Part shown: in pieces, positions 1 through 13,019 of the stretch
Position numbering within the stretch: the first letter of the stretch is position 1
Layout: each line of letters starts with the position of its first letter
NCBI RefSeq assembly: GCF_006345805.1
Contig: NW_021833998.1
Span: 1 to 53,160 of the forward strand
Reading direction: 5' to 3'
Length of the DNA: 53,160 bases
Source: Octopus sinensis
Taxonomy: Eukaryota
Notes under the pieces: model-generated
Told to the model about the DNA's origin: nothing
What the model saw: the letters and a program-made list of their open reading frames with translations, nothing else
The model's database searches: none
Program-made: the position numbers and the translations under genes

Positions 1-115
1 CTATTTACCAAATTCACCCATAAAATATTAAAGCAGAAGCCGCGCAATGAGACTGAACTCCGAAAGCACGTAATTGCGAAAGGACCTTCTTATCCATACA
101 GACACACTGTGTCTG
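1..115 (-). mobile_element. degenerate SINE family B head fragment
   Basis: Patchy similarity (accaaattcac, gactgaac, catacagacac) to the reverse complement of the family B copy at 50136-50567. Confidence 0.45.
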
Positions 116-783
116 TATATATATACATATATATATACTATAATGGAGAAAGCCGCTTATTAATTAGGTATGTAACAATTACTAAAAGTACTAAAAGAAA
201 GCATTTATTAAAGAGTTGACCGCCTGGAAATATTTTTATAAATTCATGTTTTAAGAAATTTCCTATTATTTCGATTTCTCATGTTTATTGAAATTTTTAA
301 CCGCAATTTCTCGCAAATTTAAATATTCATTGCATTCGCTGCGGAGTATTCCATTCTCATTTGCAAAATCTCTCACTTTCTCTTTCAATGTTTTCATTTC
401 AAGTTTTAATTCGCTATTTAGAAAACCGACAGTTTGTTCTGTTAATGTATACGTAATATAAAAACATTATTTATTGAGTAAAAATTTTTTTAAATACCCG
501 TATAATTTTTGTAAAAATAGATTTAAAAGTGATTTTGTTGTTACGGCTGTTTGGAATGCTATAAGCCTTACAATAGTATTAATAACTATCCGGACCGATT
601 TTGACCATTTTCTTTTATAACTAAAAACCAAGGCGGGAGCCTTTTCGGTAAAAAAAAAAAACCAAAAACAAATTGTAAATATTTTTCAGAGGTACAAGTG
701 AACAATTGAAGGGAAGTTTTGCTGTTGTTTCTAGCACAACTCCCACCTTGTATTGATGTTTTTCAATACTTTTCTCCCATTTT

Positions 784-996
784 GGCGGCGAGCTGACAGA
801 AACGTTAGCACGCCAGGCGAAATGCTTAGCAATATTTCGTCTGTCTTTACGTTCTAAGTTCAAATTCCGCCGAGGTTGATTTTGCCTTTCATCCTTTCGG
901 GGTCGATAAATTAAGTACCAGTTTGGTACTGGAGTCGATCTAATCGACTAGCACCCCTCCCCAAAAGTTTCAGGCCTTGTGCCTAGAGTAGAAAAG
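784..996 (+). mobile_element. tRNA-derived SINE family A monomer, tail type 1
   Basis: A-box-like tgacagaaacg, B-box-like agttcaaattc, core gcctttcatcctttcggggtcgataaattaagtaccag; 17-bp TSD aatacttttctcccatt at 765-781 and 997-1013. Confidence 0.92.
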
Positions 997-1419
997 AATA
1001 CTTTTCTCCCATTAGACACATTTTATGGAATGATGATGCCGAAGTAACACATGCGTGGTCCATTGGTAATCTCCAGTATGCCAGAAGCCAAAAAGATTAA
1101 GAATCAAAAATGCTTGGTATGAAAAAACACACGTTCATTTTCATACCAACATCCCTCTAACAGGTTTACACGCCACGTTCACCATCCTGTTTTTTGTTTT
1201 TTGTTTTTAATCAGTATTTCTGCCACCAATATCGCAATAATTCGATACACTACGATAATTGAATGCAATATTCTTTATACTATTATATGAACACCTTTCT
1301 TTTATATATTTGATAAGCTTTATATGGTAAGTCCCTTATAGAGATAAAGGTACATGTTTAAGCATTGGAAACAAGGATGAATTCTGTAAATGTAGGAAAT
1401 ACAAGAAAGCAAATACACT

Positions 1420-1832
1420 TTTACTCTTTACTCTTTTACTTGTTTCAGTCATTTGACTGCGGCCATGCTGGAGCACCGCCTTTAGTCGAGCAGATCAACC
1501 CCGGGACTTATTCTTTGTAAGCCCAGTACTTATTCTATCGGTCTCTTTTTGCCGAACCGCTAAGTTACGGAGACGTAAACACACCAGCATCGGTTGTCAA
1601 GTAATGCTAGGGGGACAAACACAGATACACAAACACATACATATATATATATATATACATATATACGACAGGCTTCTTTCAGTTTCCGTCTACCAAATCC
1701 ACTCACAAGGCATTGGTCGGCCCGGGCTATAGCAGAAGACACTTGCCCAAGATGTCACGCTGTGGGACTGAACCCGGAACCATGTTATTTCTTTATTGGT
1801 TGGTTAGCAAGCTACTTACCACACAGCCACTC
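1420..1832 (-). mobile_element. tRNA-derived SINE family B (CORE-like head), near full length
   Basis: Reverse complement of 50136-50567; (GTAAAAGA)n tail; internal (TA)n/(TG)n. Confidence 0.9.
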
Positions 1833-2268
1833 ATTGATAATCACTAACAATAATTAATAAAAAAAAATTAATATATCAATCTTTTACTTTCTTTTATTTT
1901 TATTTTTCTGAATAATTAAATAATAATTAAATAATAATTAATAGGGTGGAGTGTTTCATAAAATACCTCTCCCAATTTCATAAACTAATTGTCTCTCTAT
2001 TGTTCTTTCTTTTGACATAGAAACATATATATGAGAATAAGGGCAAAAAATCTGTTTGAAAGCAATGCACCCATTTTCGGAAAGAAACACGTATACATGT
2101 GTGATTTCTAGGCTTTTAAGCATTGCACATTACATAATCCAAGACACACACACACTCACAACTGTCTAAAAATCCATGTGCTACAAAAAAAAAACCATAA
2201 CAAAAAAGGGGCACACTTATATTGGATCATAGAGTGAGAATATTAGTATTATTAACAATAATATATAA

Positions 2269-2472
2269 GGCGACGAGCTGGCAGAATTGTTAGCACGTTG
2301 AACGAAACGCTTAGAGGTATTTCGCTAGTAGCTACTTTCTGAGTTCAAATTCCGCCGAGGTCGACTCGTTTCGGGGGTCGATAAATTAAGTACCAGTGAA
2401 ACAGTGGGATCGATACAATCGACTGGTACTCTCCTACAAAGTTTCAGGCCCTGTGCCTTTAGTAGAAAAGAT
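2269..2472 (+). mobile_element. SINE family A, tail type 1
   Basis: Aligns with 784-996. Confidence 0.85.
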
Positions 2473-2491
2473 TATAATTATTATATTAAAA

Positions 2492-2658
2492 GGCGGCGAG
2501 CGACATTTCGTTCTGAGTTCAAATTCCGCCATGGTCGACTTTGCTTTCCATCTTTTCGGGATCGATAGAAAAATACCATTTGAACACTAGGGTCGATATA
2601 ATTGACTTACTCACTCACCCGAACTTGCTGGCCCTGTGCCAAAATATGAAACCATTAT
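2492..2658 (+). mobile_element. SINE family A, internally deleted, tail type 1b
   Basis: ggcggcgagc joined to catttcgttctgagttcaaattcc; tail ccgaacttgctggccctgtgccaaaatatgaaacc. Confidence 0.8.
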
Positions 2659-3175
2659 TAAGGATAATATAATACTATATTATAATCTCGTGATAGCCAA
2701 ATTACCAGACGGTTTAATCATGAGATGGAGAGCAAAATCCAGTAACCATTAGAAATAGTCCAAATATCTTTTCAGATGTTTCTGATGGTTGCTGGATTAC
2801 GTGTGTGTGTGTACGCATACACATATGTATACAGGTATAACGCACAAAATAACCGCCAGTAAATAAAACAGACTCGCGCGGTCCCCCAGAAACACTCGAC
2901 ATACGTATACATTCGTACACGCCAACTTGTACACCGAGTTATCTACCATCTTTTGCACGCTCTCTTGTCTTAGCCCCGCTATTTAAGCACCTCATCAGCT
3001 TCCAGTCAGTGAATGACCACCATGTAAATAAACTTTACATGAGTATTTTCGCTTTGGTTGCTGATTTTAATATTATTCATTTTTTCTTTCTTCGTCATAC
3101 CTCTTACATTTTGCATTCTATGCACTATTACTGGGAAGGAGACGTTATTTAGAATGTAATAATCGACTCTTTCCG

Positions 3176-3198
3176 TGTATATATATATATATACGTAT

Positions 3199-3271
<73 letters not shown>

Positions 3272-3397
3272 ACATTCATATATATGTGTATATATATAAA
3301 CATACATATATGCACACACACACACACACGTATATATATATATATTATATACTTACATGCACACATACATACATGTGCGAAGATATTAGTATCTGTG

Positions 3398-3447
<50 letters not shown>

Positions 3448-3540
3448 GTGTGTGGTGTGTGTGTGTGTGTGTGTGTGTATACACATACAGATACACATAA
3501 ATATACATATATATGCATATACATATGTATATGTGCATAC
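3176..3540. repeat. compound (TA)n/(CA)n/(TG)n microsatellite
   Basis: Directly visible. Confidence 0.95.
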
Positions 3541-4010
3541 CTAAAGGCTGTGAATAAATTATATTTGTATCGATGTAAAATTCAACATAGAAATAAACTA
3601 AACAAAATTCTGTTTAAAATTATCAAAATATAGAACTTTATGAAGTTTTCGTTGGTGCATTTCAGAACACTGTAGGGTTTATTTATGTTAAATGACGAAG
3701 CGATTAATAATAATCGTTAATTAGGATATTAAATTAGTGTTGTTTTGTTGAAGTTTAACTTGAAAGACGAATACTGCTTTACGTATTAAACAAAGAGAAA
3801 TTGCTAGAATAAACAGTACACACATGAGAAATAATAGAAATATGAGTGCAAGAGTTCTCATTAATTAAATTATGTTAATTACTTTATGTAGAGAATAGTC
3901 AGAAATACTCTTCCTATGTGAACTACCAGTTGCTATTTTATATACATGTGTGTGTGTGTGTGTACATATTAATTGTATAGAAATATATATATATATATAT
4001 ATAGAGATAT

Positions 4011-4052
<42 letters not shown>

Positions 4053-4297
4053 TATATATATATATAGACTCAGTGAAAAATTGTTTGTATACACAATACA
4101 CATATGTATTACAAATATGTATACATACATATATGTATGTATGTGTATATATGTATATAAATAAATGAATATAAATAAATGTATATAATTAAATGTATAT
4201 ATATATATATATAAATTTTCTCAGTCCAATTACTCAGTTATCTGCTTTTTTTCTGAGTCATCAAACGCTGATAAACATGAGTGCAAGCGCGTCTGTG

Positions 4298-4300
<3 letters not shown>

Positions 4301-4352
<52 letters not shown>

Positions 4353-4373
4353 GTATGTATGTATGTATGTATG

Positions 4374-4407
<34 letters not shown>

Positions 4408-4480
4408 TGTATGTATGTATGTATGTATGTATGTATGTATGTATGTATGTATGTATGTAGACACGGACACACATACACTA
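4301..4480. repeat. (CA)n followed by (TATG)n microsatellite
   Basis: Directly visible. Confidence 0.95.
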
Positions 4481-4860
4481 TAATATTTATCAGCATTTGA
4501 TGACTCGGAAAAAAACAGAAATACAGAGAATTCATTATATCAGTACATTGAAAACGTCTGTATAACACAGGCTAAAAAATTAGTTATTCATCCATAACGA
4601 CACAGTTTCACTTGTACAGATATTTCAAATGGTAATACTTCGGATTATTTATATCTATGTGTTGCCATTTTCAAAAAATAAAATGGTTAAGTGCTCGCAT
4701 AGATATTTCAGTGTGCTGTCATTTGAGAAATTCTTACCTGTAAATATGTTTAATAATGAGCAAGTAATTAAAATATTATACGGCAACACAAACACAAATG
4801 TACGTATACGCACTTAGATATACGTAAGTGTGTACGCGTGCACTATATTTATATATATAT

Positions 4861-5400
4861 TGAGGTTATAAGAGGTAATGGTGTAATTGAGACCCAAAGG
4901 TGTCAGGTAATGCTGAATAAGTGCTATAGACAGACCATAGTTGAGTTCCAGGTTCGGTGATTTTGCGAATAAGGGGTTCAACGTTGGTCATATGTCAGCG
5001 TGTGTATATAAGAATTTTTTGCGTAATGAGATAAAAAAACGAAGGCTGTGTAGATATCAGAACATTTATAGATAGGTCTTACAGCTGTTTCCAGGATATT
5101 TATTAATTATATTCCTTCATCGGAGATGGTGTGAGAGGATGGTTAAGTAATAATTAGTTTAGATAGGATACAAAATAGAGAGTGAGGTGGAGGAAAGAAA
5201 ATAGATGTGAGATATGTAGGGATATTGAATTTGTAGATCCAGTTTTTAGGCAGAATGGTATATATGTAAGATTCCAATACCTTATGAGAAAAATCCAACA
5301 GAATTTTAAATTGTTCATTCCAAGTATAAAGTTTATGCACAATGTAAGATTCCAGTACCTTATGAGTAAGATCCAACGGCATTTATAAATACCGTTGGGT
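4861..5400 (-). mobile_element. Penelope-like retroelement 3' relic
   Basis: Minus-strand HKVLESYI motif (duplicated with 78-bp period at 5264 and 5342) resembles a GIY-YIG C-terminal helix; followed by a hammerhead-like motif at 5077-5126. Confidence 0.45.
5077..5126 (-). ncRNA. degenerate type-I hammerhead ribozyme motif
   Basis: tct CCGATGA agg-a-atat...atat-cct g GAAAC agct GTA aga; palindromic stem III ACAGCTGT; two core deviations. Confidence 0.55.
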
Positions 5401-5424
5401 CTTATAGATATATATATATATAAC

Positions 5425-5614
5425 AACGTTATGGTGAATGGAAGAAATGGAGTGAACGCAGATTGAACAGAAATCGTTTATTTCATTCTACAGTGTTTCG
5501 AAAGGCACAAATTACCAAAACCGATTTGTGCCTTTCGAAACACGTGTAGAATGAAATAAAACGATTTCTGTTCAATCTGCGTTCAGCTCCATTTCTTCAA
5601 TTACCAATAACGTT
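5425..5614. repeat. long near-perfect inverted repeat (about 90-bp arms, 11-nt spacer)
   Basis: 5425-5512 is the reverse complement of 5524-5614 apart from a few 1-nt indels and substitutions. Confidence 0.95.
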
Positions 5615-5761
5615 TTAATTTAATGATCCGCACCAACGCACGGTTTGCAACGCCAGATGGTGTACCTCCAACCGTGCTGTTTACTGCTGTGATTTTTGCT
5701 ACTAAGGTATCGGTTAAACTTTTGATTAATCTACTACAAGATATTCATCTTTCTATTTCAC

Positions 5762-5790
5762 ATAATATATATATAATATATATTATATTA

Positions 5791-5829
<39 letters not shown>

Positions 5830-6241
5830 TATATAATATATGTATGTATGTATGTATGTATATATATATATATATATGTATGTATATATATATATGTGTA
5901 TATATATATGTACATATATATAAAAAAACACATATTTACACACACATATCTATCTATACATATAAAAACATATTTACATATATGCATATATACATGCATG
6001 CATATATACATATATACATACACACACATACACATATATATGCATATACATATACATATATATACACATATATATATACATACACACACATGCGTACGTA
6101 CGTACATACGTACGTACATACATGCATACATACATACATACATACATACATACATACATACATACGTACGTACGTACGTACATACATACATACATACGTA
6201 CGTACGTACATACATACATACATACGTACGTACGTACATAT
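5762..6241. repeat. compound (TA)n/(CATA)n/(TACG)n microsatellite
   Basis: Directly visible. Confidence 0.95.
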
Positions 6242-6485
6242 GGGCCAACTGAGGATATCTATTCCTCCTGGTCAAAGCTACGCTCACCAAAAGTAGCTGA
6301 AGAACCATCATCTTGTAGATCTAAACAATATTACAGATATTGATGAATATATATATATAAAATATGTGTGAGTGTATGTATATGCATGAGCGTGCATATA
6401 TATGCATGTAAACGTAAGTATGTGTGTGTGTGCATGTGTTTATCACGACATGTATGTTTATATGATGCACTCTGCTCTTTTACGC

Positions 6486-6741
6486 ATTTACTTGTTTCAG
6501 TCATTTGACTGCGGCCATGTTGGAGCACCGCCTTTAGTCGAGCAAATCGACACCAGGACTTATTCTTTGTAAGCCTTGTACGTATTCAATCGGTCATTTT
6601 TGCCGAACTGCTAAGTTACGGGGACGTAAACACACCAGCATCGGTTGTCAAGCGATGTTGGGTATACAAACACAGACACACAAACATATACACATATATA
6701 CATATATACGACGGGTTTCTTTCAGTTTCCGTCAACCAAAT
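6486..6741 (-). mobile_element. SINE family B, head missing
   Basis: Matches 1436-1698, stops after gtttccgtcaaccaaat. Confidence 0.88.
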
Positions 6742-7051
6742 GGTAAAACGTTTGATATCTATTTTTAGGATACAAGGGAACCACATAGTGGTTTATATGA
6801 TGAATATAAATTTTTATTAAAACTAAACACGCGGGTGAAGTGAATCTCGTGGTGTGAAGAATCATCACAACGTGCGTGTGAAGTGAAACGCAACACAACG
6901 TGCAGTTGTCATGGTAACAAGCTGTTAATGCCTCGCTGTCTGTTGATTGGCTAAAATAACCCAAATTTCCCAACTTTAATTCCAATACACCAAAATTGAA
7001 AACAATCTGAGCAAAATTAAAGGGGACTGATTTTGTGAATGAAACAAACTA

Positions 7052-7861
7052 GATCCGGTCATTCAACCATTCATCGATAGCTGCGTGCCATTAGGAAAGT
7101 CAGCAAATTGGGTCAACGGTTCCTCACAAACTTTCCTAGTCTAATCGCGAGCAGAGAGTGAATGTGTGCTCCTCTTCACGTCTCACGAATGAACCTTTTT
7201 TTCGACCGAATAGTGACTGGTGACAACAAATGGATTCCCTATAAAAATCTCAGGTCCGAAGTCAGTGGGTAGGAAAAGGAGAAACACCGGCACCCCAGGC
7301 TACAGAAAGTCTTCACCAACGTAAGGTGTTGTTTTCTGTTTGGAGGATATGAAAGGTTTAGTCCACTTTGAACTTTTAAACCCAAACCAAAGGATAACCA
7401 AGGAGATCTACTGCGAGTAGCTTGGCGGCTTAAGTCAGCGCTAGAAGAAAAACGGCCATCTTTGGTTTCAAGACGAAAGCTGTTCTTCCATCAGGATAAT
7501 TACTCAGCTACATCAGCGAGAATGACATTCCAAAGGCGGGAGTAGTTTGAATGGAAAACGATGTCTCGCCCGCCATATTCGCTGGACATTGCCCCTTCTG
7601 ATTATCATTTATTCCGCAGTCTTCAAAATCATTTAGATGAAAAAAATATGAATTCTGTAGACGAAATCAGAACAGTACTGGAGGAGTATTTTTCGTCACG
7701 GAAAAGTGAATTTTGGAAGAGAGGCGTTGAAAATCTACCGGATAGATGGAAGAACATTGTAGAAAATGAAGGAGAGTATATTTTAGATTAAAATTTGTTT
7801 ATCTTAATTTTGAAAAATAAAAGAAGTATAAAAAATCCACATTATTTATGAGATGACACAG
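7052..7861 (+). mobile_element. mariner (DD34D) transposon relic, 5'-truncated, with stops and frameshifts
   Basis: Translated motifs (W)VPHKL, DRIVTGDNKW, FFHQDN (D at 7495), PPYSLDIAPSDY (D at 7600), 34 codons between the last two Asp; ends ENEGEYILD*; TIR-like ccacattatttatgagatgacacag followed by TA. Confidence 0.92.
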
Positions 7862-8057
7862 TATGTATATATAAACGCGTGTGTTTGTGTATGTATGTAT
7901 GTATGTATGTATGTATGTATGTATGTATGTATGTATGTATGCATGCATGCATGCATGCATGTTATGTATGTATGTTTAGTAGTATGTTGTATGTATGTAT
8001 ATGTGTGTGTGTATGTATGTATGTATGTGTGTGTATTATGTATTTATGTATGTATGC

Positions 8058-8090
<33 letters not shown>

Positions 8091-8116
8091 TGTATGTATG
8101 TATGTATGTATGTATA
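7862..8116. repeat. (TATG)n microsatellite
   Basis: Directly visible. Confidence 0.95.
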
Positions 8117-9257
8117 ACTTTAAAATGTTGTAACCATTCTTATGAGGAAACATTATATCGTGTCTTTCTGAAAATCTGATTCTAACACAAACAATAACTA
8201 TTTCGAGTGACTATTCTTTCTATAAACATTGACACAGTACTAGAATATTGGTGCTACTTAAATGTGAAGTATATGATTATGATACAAAGACATGAAATTT
8301 TTACTATGTCGTTTGCTTCTGTCTATTTGTTTTCGTGACCAGACGATCGATTCTGTTTTACATTGTTGGACTATGTGTTCACATGTCGGTCCTATATATT
8401 CATGTGTCTAGATTAGAGTACTTATTTCAATAAATGACGAGAGATACTATCTCTTCTTGATTTATCTTACAATTAATCATAGAAAAATTGTTTAATATAT
8501 CGCTAGTATTTTATCTTCTAAATACAAACACATTAGCTTCAAAGTACGTGCGTTTGGAAACAAGTAGCAGATAAACTTGTTTCATCTGGTGTTATATTTC
8601 CTTTATTTTATGATAGTTTACTATATAATATACTAGGATGAACATTAAAATATACTGCCACTAAAACCGTTTGTGTGTGTTTGATCATTCGAATTTATAG
8701 AAACCGTATCAACACAAACGTTAACTGATCATTTCATTGAAATAGTTTCTGTATTCTGAAAGTCAAATAAGTAGATTTTCTCGTTTATGGCGCCAAATAG
8801 TTCGGAATGATTCTTTCAATATATTTCTAAAAAGGATAAAAAATGATTGGAAGGACAAAATAAACAAAAAAGAAATCAGATAATGTTAGTCTTCATATTG
8901 TATTACAGAAGGTTATTTGTGTGTATAAAGTGAAATTGATCAGCTGTCATCAGAAAGATAATACCAGTGAACAGTAAAAGATTAAAATACAACGAATAAA
9001 ATATCATCAATAGAAATAAATTGATGAAGATTTTGGTTGAAATGTATGAGGTGACGGTGACTGCAAACAGAATTAAATACCATAACTCATGTTTCAAGTT
9101 AGCTCTTCAATTAGCAATGAGAAGTACATGCTTTAGATAAGTAACGACGGCATTCTCAACTGTGACCGCTCTTAGAATTACATTCAGCTAAGTTGGATGA
9201 TATCGACAGTCCGCTGATCGATTGTTCACAAGTTCGTATCTCATCACACAGAATAAG

Positions 9258-9672
9258 GTGGCGAGCTGGCAGAAACGTTAGCACGCCGGGCGAAATACGT
9301 AGCCGTATTTCGTCTGCCGTTACGTTCTGAGTTCAAATTCCGCCGAGGTCGACTTTGCCTTTCATCCTTTCGGGGTCGATAACTTAAGTACCAGTTACGC
9401 ACTGGGATCGATGTAATCGACTTAATACCTATGTCTGTCCTTGTTTGTCTCCTCTATGTTTAGCCCCCTGTGGATAATAAAGAAATAGGTATTTCGTCTG
9501 TCCTTACGTTCAAAGTTCAAATTCCGCCGAGGTCGACTTTGCCTTTCATCCTTTCGGGGTCGATAAATTAAGTACCAGTTACGCATTGGGGTTGATGTAA
9601 TTGACTTAATCCCTTTGTCTTTCCTTGTTTGTCCCCTCTATGTTTAGCCCCTTGTGGACAATAAAGAAATAA
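9258..9672 (+). mobile_element. SINE family A dimer (one head, two body+tail type 2 units)
   Basis: Unit repeats at junction aagaaataggtatttcgtctg near 9480-9500. Confidence 0.9.
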
Positions 9673-9868
9673 GATGTGCGTTGTTTTTTCTTTCTTGCTT
9701 TTTTTCTTTTGGGGGTGGGAGTCAAAAGTATTTAGCCCACAATGACTTTGACCAGTGTTTTCCGTAGGGGAACGCGAGGCTCCCACAACTCATCCAAGGC
9801 AAAAAGATCTGTGAGGATTGAAAAGCAAGAAGGAAAATTACCATGTCTAATATAATTACGATAGTGCA

Positions 9869-10085
9869 AGGCGGTGATCTATCAGAACCATTAACAAGCG
9901 GACAAAATGCCTTGCAGCATTTCATCTGTCTTTAAGACATGAGTTCAAATACTGCAGAAGTTAACTTTGTCTTTCATCCTTTCGGGGTCGATAAAATAAG
10001 TACCATTTGAGCACTGGGGGTCGATGTAATACACTTACTCCCTCTCATGGACTTGCTGACCTTTTGCCAAAATTTGAAGCCAATG
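9869..10085 (+). mobile_element. older SINE family A copy, tail type 1b
   Basis: Core ctttcatcctttcggggtcgataaaataagtacca intact. Confidence 0.8.
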
Positions 10086-10899
10086 TAATTCAGGTGGTTT
10101 TCAACAAAAAACTATATGGATACGAAATCTGTTTCGTCATCGGATTAATAAAGAGAGAAACAGAAGTGCCAAACATTCACACAAATATTTCGACGGGGAT
10201 TTCGTACTTTTCAGTTCCATAACGACTGCCCTTGACTACATAAATGTAAATAGGTTTCTGATAACTGTAAACATTTGGAAACTACTTTGATTTTTATCAG
10301 GCACGGCAACTGAAACACTTTTCAGTCTTGATAGGCCTCGCCATCAGTAAGGAACCTAGCCATCGCCTACGAGAAACGCAGGTTTAAGATGGCATTGAGA
10401 AGTAAGTGCTTTTGCCTCGAAAATGTCACACATTTTGTGTGTGACAAAATAGTAAGAACTATAGTTAGTGAGTGTTTAATTAGTTTATAGTGTTGGGTTT
10501 AAATCCTCCTAGGTTCTCTAAACTGCAATAATATGCTCAGAGAAATCTTTACACGATGACTAAGTATTTCGCAATATCCCTACAATCCGACTGATTATGG
10601 GTTATTGATTACGCTATACAATGCTTCTCATTTCATGCTCATAAATTCGTAACCCACAGGTGGCACTAGCGAATTTCTACAGAGTCACCAAACTACTTCT
10701 AGGTACCATAAAGATGGAAAACTTTATGGATCTATGCAATAAACGGTGCCCCATCATTCAAAATAAAAGGTTTTATTTTTTTACAACTGCGATTTCCTCT
10801 TTTTTTACGAGAAATTATTTAAAAAAATTTAAGATTTGGCTGTCATTTGTAGCATGTGGAGAGACCTTTTAGGCTTAACTTGATGTGCTAGTCGAAAAT

Positions 10900-10997
10900 C
10901 ACCTTAAAAAGATTCTGGGGTCGATGCATTCGACTAAAATTTCCTTAAGGTGGTGCCCCAGCATGGCCGCAGTCCAATGATTGAAACAAGTAAAAAG
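10900..10997 (+). mobile_element. SINE family B 3' fragment
   Basis: ggggtcgat...cagcatggccgcagtccaatgattgaaacaagtaaaaga. Confidence 0.75.
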
Positions 10998-11149
10998 ATT
11001 TTTAGAAAATAAAAAAAAATCGAAGAATAACCGAAAAATATAACCGTGGTGCTTTTGTCCGAGGGGGCTTTCGACCGGATCCCAGTTATAATATATAGCT
11101 GTAATGTAAGTGTGGTGTGTAGTTTTCATTTAGTTGTGGTATAAACTGC

Positions 11150-11262
11150 AACCGGTAGTGTGGTCCTGGTTCGGGAATTCCAGATTTTTCACTATTGTTT
11201 CTGGGTGTACTCTTACTCGGGTAGTAACATCTGTCAGGGTCCCGGCTATGTGTTAGTAAGCG
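11150..11262 (+). repeat. old interspersed repeat, related copy at about 33721-33850
   Basis: Shared ccggtagt...ctggttcggga.ttc.ag and tattgtttc...tgtactct.actcg...gtccc.gcta blocks. Confidence 0.6.
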
Positions 11263-11394
11263 CATCAGGGTTTGTTTACTTATGCATGTGAAGACTGGAT
11301 CCGGCAGACTCTGCGGAAAAATAAATACCGAAACATGAACACTAAAATCTGGTGCACAGTAAGAGCAGCTTCTCAGGTGTTTGTTTTGATTAAG

Positions 11395-11722
11395 ACGTGC
11401 TCAAAGCACAACGAGGCACGACCCTACCTGCCAATCTCTCTTCGATAGCATCGTCTTCACTACACTATTATGCACAAGTGAGATGTGTGGCTCCACAGTG
11501 GCAGGCTAGGAATATAATTGCAGAAGCATATCCGGAACGAAGTAGTTCGAGAATGGAGGGTAATAAATGTGATCGCAGAATGCTGAAAGAGCGAGTTCCA
11601 CCGGGCTGGACATGTTCCAAGACTTACAGACAATAGATGGGCCTGTGAAGTTGTCGAGTGACCTCCAAGAGATCAGAAGAGACCTCCAACACGATTGGAG
11701 GACGACATAGTCAAGCAATTCT
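11395..11722 (+). mobile_element. RTE-clade LINE C-terminal relic
   Basis: Frameshifted translation HIRNEVVRE...RAGHVPRLTDNRWACEVVE*PPRDQKRPPTRLEDDI matches the RTE motif WAGHVAR..DNRW...RPPTRWEDD. Confidence 0.8.
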
Positions 11723-11727
11723 ACTCG

Positions 11728-11835
11728 GCTGGTACTTACTTTATCAATCCCGAAAGGTTAAAAGGTAAAGTCAACCTCGGCGGAAGAAATGCGCTATGCA
11801 TTTTCTCAGACGTGCTAACGATTCTGCCAGCTCGC
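11728..11835 (-). mobile_element. partial SINE family A
   Basis: ctggtactt...aaagtcaacctcggcggaa...gctaacgattctgccagctcgc. Confidence 0.8.
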
Positions 11836-12022
11836 AGTCTTAAAATGTATATTAAAATATAGAAGTTAAATTAGCTTCAGTATCTGATATGGTACATATT
11901 TACAGTTAAACTGGAGGGATATAACGATAATTGATTAACGTACAGGGGATTGGATACAGTAGTGGTTCTCCACCGGGGTCCATATGACCCTCGCGGCTCT
12001 ATATAAGATTTCTTTGTCAAAT

Positions 12023-13005
12023 TGTGTAGATTTGTGTGTTTTGCTTTATATTTGTGTTTTCATGCATATAATTGCATGCCTAGACATGTCCATATATGCT
12101 TAAATGATAAACTTCCGGGAAGTTTTACATATTTTTACAGTTCCACTGATGGCTTGAATCTGTAGTTTTCAAATCAGCTTTCTCCTTTTTAGTTTTGAGA
12201 AGACTAATTTCCCAAAGTATTTTCTTTTTCGCTTAATCTTGACATCTGCTGGGCAGCTGATTTCCACAACTATACATGGTTTCTCTTCTCTATCCCAAAT
12301 CACTATGTCAAGTCTATTATGTTTACATTTTATTGAGGTTTTCATTGAGGCATTCCACCAGTACTCATTATGAGTGGCTATGGCCTCTACCATACTGTTG
12401 GTTCTCATCTCTTTGGCCTCAGGTTTATCCTTCGTACGGATGTCATGATACTGTGTCCTGGTTACAACAGCATATCTTATCGGAAGATAATCCCGTGATG
12501 ACATTTTTGGACAACTACTTATGATGTGGGTGATATCTTCGATGTTAACTTCATAAAGTCTGTTTCGGTTATCACATTTTGCTGTTTTCCTGCGTCTCTG
12601 TGCCTTTTGAGCATTCCTTATTTAGTTGATATTTCTTGTTCTTGGATTGCAAACGCATGCCCTTCAATGTGAGAGTTAGTAATCCGGTTATTGGGCAATG
12701 ACAGACTGCTTTATCAATGTTACTATCATCCCGGGGCTTGTCGCTAATATATCCATGCATGGTATTCTGATAATATACCATCATCCTTTCATTTGATGAT
12801 TCGTTATGGTAGAGTCGTGCGATGTCTTTGGGCATGTATTCAAGGTTATCAGACAAGGAATGTTGCTCAAGGAGCTGCTTTCCAAGTCTCATGATGTTAT
12901 CAGCCTCGTGTGTCCAAACTTAGTCAAGGGATGCACTTCGATACTTGGTGGTTAAATGATGTTGGCGATGGGATATGATATGACATTCAATGGCAGTCAA
13001 GATGC
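12023..13005 (-). mobile_element. R4/Dong-like non-LTR retrotransposon relic (zinc knuckle, restriction-like endonuclease, start of 3' UTR)
   Basis: Minus-strand fragments MHGY, FAIQEQEIST, decayed knuckle (C)RL(C)...EDITHIISSC, HNRLDIVIWDREEK..VVEISCP and LQIQAISGTVKI. Confidence 0.85.
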
Positions 13006-13019
13006 ATGCATGTATATAT

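Noticed and set aside
7561-7791. 76-aa ORF as a domesticated SETMAR-like exon
   Set aside because: Upstream catalytic region has stops and frameshifts; simple mariner relic
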